Shown piece after piece: positions 58,180 through 64,000 of a stretch of DNA of 64,000 nt (position 1 is its first letter; every line of letters begins with the position of its first letter). Both the position numbers and the translations under genes were made by a program. Source of the DNA: an uncultured virus (IMG/VR IMGVR_UViG_3300043256_000236) (Duplodnaviria > Heunggongvirae > Uroviricota > Caudoviricetes). A model generated the notes under the pieces. The model was given only the letters and a program-made list of their open reading frames with translations, made no database searches and was not told the DNA's origin. Location: positions 1 through 64,000 of IMG/VR virus record IMGVR_UViG_3300043256_000236. One strand, written 5' to 3'.

Positions 58180-58545
58180 ATGTTTGAGAAGGAACAAGAG
58201 TTGGCTAGTCTACAAAAAGAACTGCGTAAATCACACGAATCTCGTATAGATGATAAATCAAGGGGGAGATTGAAGAAGATAGCCAGTAAAAAGTTCAGGA
58301 CTTGCTTTATTTCAGCGTTATCTGAGTTTGAAAATGAATTTGGTCCTGAAATCTGGGGTCATAATATGGATAATGAGACATTGACGGAAAAACAAAGAGA
58401 TAACCGCATTAGATGGAATGGTGTTAGGAAAAAAATTCTTGATAAGGGCAATGTTCAGCTGCGTGCGCTGAATATGGAAATGGATCTACACGACATACGA
58501 TTCAGGGGTTATGTTGTTAATTTCAGGAGAATAGATGATGGATAA
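58180..58545 (+). CDS. hypothetical protein
   Basis: Operon-packed. Confidence 0.6.
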   Translation: MFEKEQELASLQKELRKSHESRIDDKSRGRLKKIASKKFRTCFISALSEFENEFGPEIWGHNMDNETLTEKQRDNRIRWNGVRKKILDKGNVQLRALNMEMDLHDIRFRGYVVNFRRIDDG

Positions 58546-59398
58546 TACGTCAAAAGAGATAGTTGTTGAAACAATTGATAAGGAAGGTAATAAACTCAAG
58601 TTACAAATCAACTCGATAGGACATAATATTCTACAAGATGCGCAAATGGTCTATAGCATAAAGCTTACATCATTGATCAAACAAAGTACAGTAGCTGGTA
58701 ACGAATTATTATCACGACAACAACTGGAACAGCATCTTGACACTATGGGGATATGGACAGAGGAGGACAGCAAAAAGTTTCTTGAGATTCAAATAGAACT
58801 AAGGGAGATGGAGTTACAGCTCAAGAGTGGCGGGATACGGGTTGCCGAAGCTAAGCAAATAGCTATATCCATGAAGACAAGAAGAGCTATTTTGTTAGCT
58901 CTTTATAATAGGCGTTCACAATTTGATGGTATAACGATGGAATCAATAGCAGAAAATCAGAAGTTTAAGTTCTTGCTGGTTAGATGTGTAATGAAGGATA
59001 ATCAGCCATTTTTCAAGAATATGAGTGATTATGATAGTAGACAAAATGAAAAGTCTTCGGTTGATGTGGCTGATGCCCTGGCAACTAAGTTATATGGATA
59101 TGACAGTAAAACTGAATCCAATTTGACAGAAAATCAGTGGTTAAAACAATTTGAGTTTGCTGATGATAGTGGTCGGTTGATCGACCTGGAAAAACGTTTG
59201 ATAGACGTGGATGGTAATCTGATAAATGATGAGGGACGATTGGTAGATGCAGCTGGTAGTCTAGTTGATAACAAGGGACGACCAGTAGATGAAAATGGTG
59301 AGTTTATAGTCGAGGCAAAGCCTTTTTTGGACGATAAAACAGGCAAGCCAATAGAGTCGGATTGTAAGAAATCTGCTAAGAAGAAGAAAAAAAGATAA
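58535..59398 (+). CDS. hypothetical protein with C-terminal 'G.L.D..' heptad beta repeats
   Basis: GRLIDLE-KRLIDVD-GNLINDE-GRLVDAA-GSLVDNK-GRPVDEN. Confidence 0.55.
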   Translation: MMDNTSKEIVVETIDKEGNKLKLQINSIGHNILQDAQMVYSIKLTSLIKQSTVAGNELLSRQQLEQHLDTMGIWTEEDSKKFLEIQIELREMELQLKSGGIRVAEAKQIAISMKTRRAILLALYNRRSQFDGITMESIAENQKFKFLLVRCVMKDNQPFFKNMSDYDSRQNEKSSVDVADALATKLYGYDSKTESNLTENQWLKQFEFADDSGRLIDLEKRLIDVDGNLINDEGRLVDAAGSLVDNKGRPVDENGEFIVEAKPFLDDKTGKPIESDCKKSAKKKKKR

Positions 59399-59413
59399 TT
59401 GAAGGTGAGTTGA

Positions 59414-62400
59414 ATGGCACAGGGTTTCGTTGTTGGTGTCGATTTACGTATACAGCGGGTATTGGGCTTAGACAAGGTCAAGCAACAGCTGTCTAGTATC
59501 CAGGGTGTTAGTGGTGGTACGGGTGCTGTACCTGCACAGTTCGATAAGATATCAAGTTCTGCTTCGAATGCGGCTATAAATACAGCAAAAGTTAACAAGG
59601 TTATAGCAGACACTGGGAACAGCGCCCAGACTGCTGGGGGTAAGATAGGTAATGCTGGAAATAAAGTACAAGGTTTCGGGGATCAACTAGCTCTAGCTGG
59701 TAGGCGATACGCTGCTTTCATCGGAGCTACTGCTGTAGCATTCAAGGCCGTACAATTCATAAGTGCTGGTACCAAGGCTGTCATAGAATTTGACAAATCT
59801 ATGGTCTCTCTGTCTCAAATACTCAGGGTTTCTACCGATCAGTTAGGTGGATTGTCTCAACAATTCTTGGACCTGTCGGTATCTACTGGAACTAGTGCTG
59901 CTGAAATTGCTAATGCCGCTAAGCTGTTAGCTCAAGCTGGTTTCAGAGGTGCGGAATTAACAGAAGCTGTTTCTCAGCTATCCAAAGTACCACTAACCCC
60001 CATCTTCGAGAGTATGGATCAAGCTGTTGACGGTGCCATCGCTGCAATGAGACAGTTTTCTAACGAAGGGCTAACCGTCGAAACAGTGTTTGATAAAATG
60101 ATAAATGTATCTAATACATACGCTGCTTCATTCCCCGATATCATAGAAGGACTCAAGAGGGGTGGTTCAGCATTCCAGGCTATAGGTGGCACTTTAGATG
60201 AGTTTATCGCTGCTTTTACAACGATAAGATCCGTCACTAGAGAGAGTGCTTCTGCTGTTGGTACTTCACTGAAAACACTTTCTACAAGACTGGCTGATCC
60301 CAAGATTCTCAAATTCCTAGAAACTAAAAATATTCGCTTACTAGAAAAGGGTCAATTTGTTGGTCCCTTGGAGGCACTTAAAAGAATCGGAGACGGTCTT
60401 GAGAGAACTAAAAGTGTGCAAGAGAAAGTTAGTATAGCTGTACGGCTGGGCGGTAGACGTCAAGTCAGCCGTTTTCTCGCCTTGTCTCAAAATATGGAAA
60501 AGAATAACAAGATTTTAGAAACATCAAAAAATTCATACGGAGCATTTAGTGAAGTCGCAGAAAAGGGATTACAGGCCATCAGTGTAAAAATTGATATTCT
60601 TGTAGCAAAATCCAAAAAATTAGCCATAGAATTAGGCGAAAATTTATTCATACCATTTGTTACTGGTTTAACGAACGCCTCCACCGCAGCTATAGCGCTA
60701 CTTTCGGCACTACAACCACTCCTTCCTATATTAGCCACTGTTGGTACACTAGTAGCCGGGACAGCTATTACAAAAGGTATAGGAAAGTTTCTTGGACCTC
60801 GCATAGCCAACCTTGCTGGTCCTGCAGCTTTTACCGCCGCAGGTGGTGGCATCAAAGGAGCTAAAACGGCCTTGGGTTCTAGTCCATTTGTTCAGGCTGG
60901 TTTACTAATTGCCGCAGCTGAAGTTACTGCATCGTTTTTGCGAACATCCGATGGTGCGGATACTTTTGCTTCGACACTAGTATCATCTACGGCGCTTATA
61001 GCTGCTGCCATTGCCATCTTCAGACAACAAACAATAGCACAATTTGCTACCGGTGGAGGATTATTACCTAGTTTGGGTAAGTTTGGAGCAATCGCTACTA
61101 TCGGGGCTATAGCTTTGCCGTTGGCAATAAATGCTGCTCACAACAGTGCCCAGGAATTATCTAATAAAATAATTGAAAGTGCTGTGTTATCTATAAAAAG
61201 GATCGATATTCAACCAGCTGATCCCCAGTCACTTCAAAAGGGATTAAGTGATTTATATAATAGTATAGGGCAAAGTGTCCGAGAATTAACCAAAAGCGCT
61301 AATGTAAATAGCGAACCAAGTATAAAAAAATCTCTCGCAAGTGTTGGTCGTTTGGTTTCGAATATTGTCGAAGGAGATTACGCTACCCTTGGGAAACTGG
61401 GAGGTCTAACTGAGCGTAATGTTAGAGATCAAGTTAAGGAAATCATAGATAAAAGTCCAAAGATAGTTGAAGATATTCTGAAGGGTATCAGTCAGAGTAT
61501 GGTTGACATAACAGGAAGAATTGATACGACAGAATCAGCAGGACGAGATAGGTTGATTGGCCAAGGGTTGAGACTCGGATTAAACAGAAAACAGGCTGGT
61601 AATTTTTCCGAAGTAATCATAGAGTCTGTCGGTGGGTTGGAAACTTGGTTGAAATTAATTCGTAAGAATACAACATCTATACAGAACGAAATACGATCTA
61701 GAGAGCAATTAATACAATTAACCAAAATTTTTATACCACCAAAACTAGTTGGACAACTACAGCAATTTTCACACGCTGTAGATAAAACCGTCAGGGCTAT
61801 CAGTACATCTTCTAGGGCATTTTCGTCACAAATATCTGAAATATCAGGGGGAGTCAGGCCTCCTTCATTTGATTTTGATTTTGGGGCAGAACAAATTCGA
61901 GGGCTTATTAGTTCGAATGGTCTTAAGGATGTTTTTTCATTGACTCCAGATATCCCTAAATTTGTAAGTGGTATGAAAGATATCGATAATCTAATAGATC
62001 AGTTCATATTAACGATTAGTAGTCTGCCGTCTGATGCTGATTTTATTGGAGAAACTGATAGGTTTTTGGATGTCAGAGCCCCTCAGGCTATCAAAGATAA
62101 TTTCGGTAAATTTTTCGATACTATTGCCCAGGATCTTGTAGAAGTTTCTGAGGGAAAGTTAATAACTGCTGATGAAATTAAGGATAGATTCCGTAAAGAA
62201 TTTGCTGATTTAGGCACGGGAGCTAGTGATGCTGTCGTTGAAAATGTTAGAAAATTCTTGCAAGGTACTTTCGCACAGATACAGGATGAACTTAGTCGGT
62301 TAGGTACCATTAGGGGATTTGAAGCTGCCGTCTCCGTGAGACCAGAAAGTCAGGCAGATTTTCTAAGGACACAATTAATGCGTTCTGGGATAAATGCAGG

Positions 62401-63664
62401 AGGTGTTTCCGCGGCAGATCAACAAGTGAGACAAAGAGGAACTATCAGTGAACTAGATCTGATAAGGAGGGAACAGAATGCACGTGTTGGTGGACGTAAC
62501 CGCTTGAGTCTTCCCACACCAGAACAAGGATTCTTCGAGGGTAGAGGACAAGGTCTAGTCGATATAGCAGGCGACGAATCAGTTCGTCGACAAGTTCGTG
62601 AGAGTTTTGCGAGTATGACCATAGTATTATCGGAAGCACGTAAAAGTTTGTCTGGATTAAAACCAGGTGCTGAAGGATTTGTTTTTGCTGCGGAAAGAGC
62701 CAAGGAATTAGGACGTCAAGTGATAGAACTACAGGTTAGTTTACAAGCATTGGATCAAGCGACAAGTGCCGCTGCTGCGTCAGAATTAGAAACGTTAAAA
62801 AGAAGGCAAAAATTTGATGTTATACAGAAGCAGGCCGGTCTTGTCGGGAGAGTAACACCCCTAAGAGGCGAAAGAATTATATTCGACCTACAGAAAAAAC
62901 ACCTACAGGAACAAGCGGAATTACAAAACAGATATGATGTTATCATAGAAAAAGATCACGCTCTCAGAGTAGACTTAGCTAGAGAGATTAGCGATATCAA
63001 CCAGGTTGAATCACAAGAATTTGGAAGGTCAGTGAATTCTTTTGCTGAATCTACCCGCATACATATTACTGCTGCCGAACTAATGCACAAATCCATAGCT
63101 GATTTTGGACAATCAGTTATTGATTTCAAAAATCTCAGCACAAATACATTACCACTAGGGAATGATTCTACTAATAGCATCACTAATGAACAAATAAGGT
63201 CGGGTGGTTTTAGCAGATCACAAGATACATCAAATGCTCAGATAATAGGTGAAGATACCGACCAGGCGATACAACAAGAAATGCTAGATATTATGAATCG
63301 CGTCATAGAAGGACAAAATAAAGAATCTAGAGAATCTATTGACAGAGAAACTACTAAAGCTACTGGCTCGGACAAGTCGCGTGACGAACAAGGTGTGAAA
63401 ATTGCACAACTGACAGAAAGTTTGAACAACCTACACGGTATTCTTAGTGAACCAAATGAGTTAAAGTTGGTAACAGATCAACGTATAGATTTAGATATAT
63501 CGACCCTACCATCAGATATATCCGCTGAGATTCGTCCCCTCCTAGTAGCTGCTGCTACGCTTGCTGCGGAGACAGTATCTAGAAAAGTTATGGAGAGCTT
63601 AGCATCTAAGGGCGATTCTGAATTGTCGATAGCAGCGACAGATGTAGCGCAGGAGTTAGAATAA
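59414..63664 (+). CDS. tail tape measure protein (TP901-like core)
   Basis: 1416 aa, helical and Ala-rich; EFDKSM, LAQAGF, TRESASAVGTSLKT; hydrophobic segments. Confidence 0.88.
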   Translation: MAQGFVVGVDLRIQRVLGLDKVKQQLSSIQGVSGGTGAVPAQFDKISSSASNAAINTAKVNKVIADTGNSAQTAGGKIGNAGNKVQGFGDQLALAGRRYAAFIGATAVAFKAVQFISAGTKAVIEFDKSMVSLSQILRVSTDQLGGLSQQFLDLSVSTGTSAAEIANAAKLLAQAGFRGAELTEAVSQLSKVPLTPIFESMDQAVDGAIAAMRQFSNEGLTVETVFDKMINVSNTYAASFPDIIEGLKRGGSAFQAIGGTLDEFIAAFTTIRSVTRESASAVGTSLKTLSTRLADPKILKFLETKNIRLLEKGQFVGPLEALKRIGDGLERTKSVQEKVSIAVRLGGRRQVSRFLALSQNMEKNNKILETSKNSYGAFSEVAEKGLQAISVKIDILVAKSKKLAIELGENLFIPFVTGLTNASTAAIALLSALQPLLPILATVGTLVAGTAITKGIGKFLGPRIANLAGPAAFTAAGGGIKGAKTALGSSPFVQAGLLIAAAEVTASFLRTSDGADTFASTLVSSTALIAAAIAIFRQQTIAQFATGGGLLPSLGKFGAIATIGAIALPLAINAAHNSAQELSNKIIESAVLSIKRIDIQPADPQSLQKGLSDLYNSIGQSVRELTKSANVNSEPSIKKSLASVGRLVSNIVEGDYATLGKLGGLTERNVRDQVKEIIDKSPKIVEDILKGISQSMVDITGRIDTTESAGRDRLIGQGLRLGLNRKQAGNFSEVIIESVGGLETWLKLIRKNTTSIQNEIRSREQLIQLTKIFIPPKLVGQLQQFSHAVDKTVRAISTSSRAFSSQISEISGGVRPPSFDFDFGAEQIRGLISSNGLKDVFSLTPDIPKFVSGMKDIDNLIDQFILTISSLPSDADFIGETDRFLDVRAPQAIKDNFGKFFDTIAQDLVEVSEGKLITADEIKDRFRKEFADLGTGASDAVVENVRKFLQGTFAQIQDELSRLGTIRGFEAAVSVRPESQADFLRTQLMRSGINAGGVSAADQQVRQRGTISELDLIRREQNARVGGRNRLSLPTPEQGFFEGRGQGLVDIAGDESVRRQVRESFASMTIVLSEARKSLSGLKPGAEGFVFAAERAKELGRQVIELQVSLQALDQATSAAAASELETLKRRQKFDVIQKQAGLVGRVTPLRGERIIFDLQKKHLQEQAELQNRYDVIIEKDHALRVDLAREISDINQVESQEFGRSVNSFAESTRIHITAAELMHKSIADFGQSVIDFKNLSTNTLPLGNDSTNSITNEQIRSGGFSRSQDTSNAQIIGEDTDQAIQQEMLDIMNRVIEGQNKESRESIDRETTKATGSDKSRDEQGVKIAQLTESLNNLHGILSEPNELKLVTDQRIDLDISTLPSDISAEIRPLLVAAATLAAETVSRKVMESLASKGDSELSIAATDVAQELE

Positions 63665-63665
63665 A

Positions 63666-64000
63666 ATGCCTTCTGGATTGTTACATGACGAAAATGTAAT
63701 CTTCTATCATCCATTGGATGATTTTACTGAATATACCAAGGGTCTAGCGTGGACTTCCCTGGATAGCAGCTCAAGTTTCGTTCCTGGAATATTGGTCAGT
63801 GGTATCAAGCTTGATCCAGGTGAGGCGTTTGAAAGAATAGTATACCCTGCTTCTACGTATGATTCAATAGAAAATGCAAGTGGTCTAACTGCCTCTGTTT
63901 GGGTTAGTGGTTTCCTGACCTCAGACACCGTCCAAAGATTAGTAAATATAGGAATAGCCGACGACACTATCCCCGCCGAAAGAAACGACGCAATATTATA
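63666..64000 (+). CDS. partial LamG-like virion protein (paralog of the 30208 N-terminus), runs off the window
   Basis: MPSGLLHDENVIFYHPLDD...AW vs MSILRSDNVIYYHPCDS...AW. Confidence 0.6.
   Translation, partial: MPSGLLHDENVIFYHPLDDFTEYTKGLAWTSLDSSSSFVPGILVSGIKLDPGEAFERIVYPASTYDSIENASGLTASVWVSGFLTSDTVQRLVNIGIADDTIPAERNDAIL

Noticed and set aside
57095..59398. Lambda G/GT-type programmed frameshift before the tape measure
   Set aside because: I identified no convincing slippery site joining two of these ORFs by eye.

Overview
This window is 64 kb of a large tailed dsDNA bacteriophage genome (Caudoviricetes, siphovirus-like: tail tube and tape measure are present, no sheath is seen). It uses the standard genetic code. 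The host is possibly Planctomycetota, based on one recalled protein motif. Layout: (1) 0.1-6.8 kb, rightward early/nucleotide-metabolism genes, including two DEDDh exonucleases, an SMC-like ATPase and a frameshifted ATP-grasp gene. (2) 6.9-12 kb, a leftward operon with a DNA methylase, ClpP, a ClpX-type Zn finger, MazG, NUDIX and a permuted NlpC/P60. (3) 12.1-42.3 kb, a sigma-like factor, a glycosyltransferase/gmd cassette, an intein-containing terminase, portal, protease-scaffold, capsid, modular adhesin/fibre genes, an intein-containing neck protein and the tail tube. (4) 42.4-56.3 kb, an island splitting the tail operon, with NAD-dependent DNA ligase, HNH genes, tmRNA, 10 tRNAs, three aberrant tRNA-like RNAs and two RNA ligases. 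(5) 56.4-64 kb, tail chaperone-like genes and the tape measure. The most notable observation is two leader-ORF/antiterminator/terminator modules directly upstream of phage tRNA genes. Their leader codons match the downstream tRNAs (for example a CAA/CAG cluster ahead of tRNA-Gln(UUG)). This suggests ribosome-stalling attenuators that switch on phage tRNA supply and RNA repair when host tRNAs are depleted. All calls were made by eye from motifs; no searches were run.
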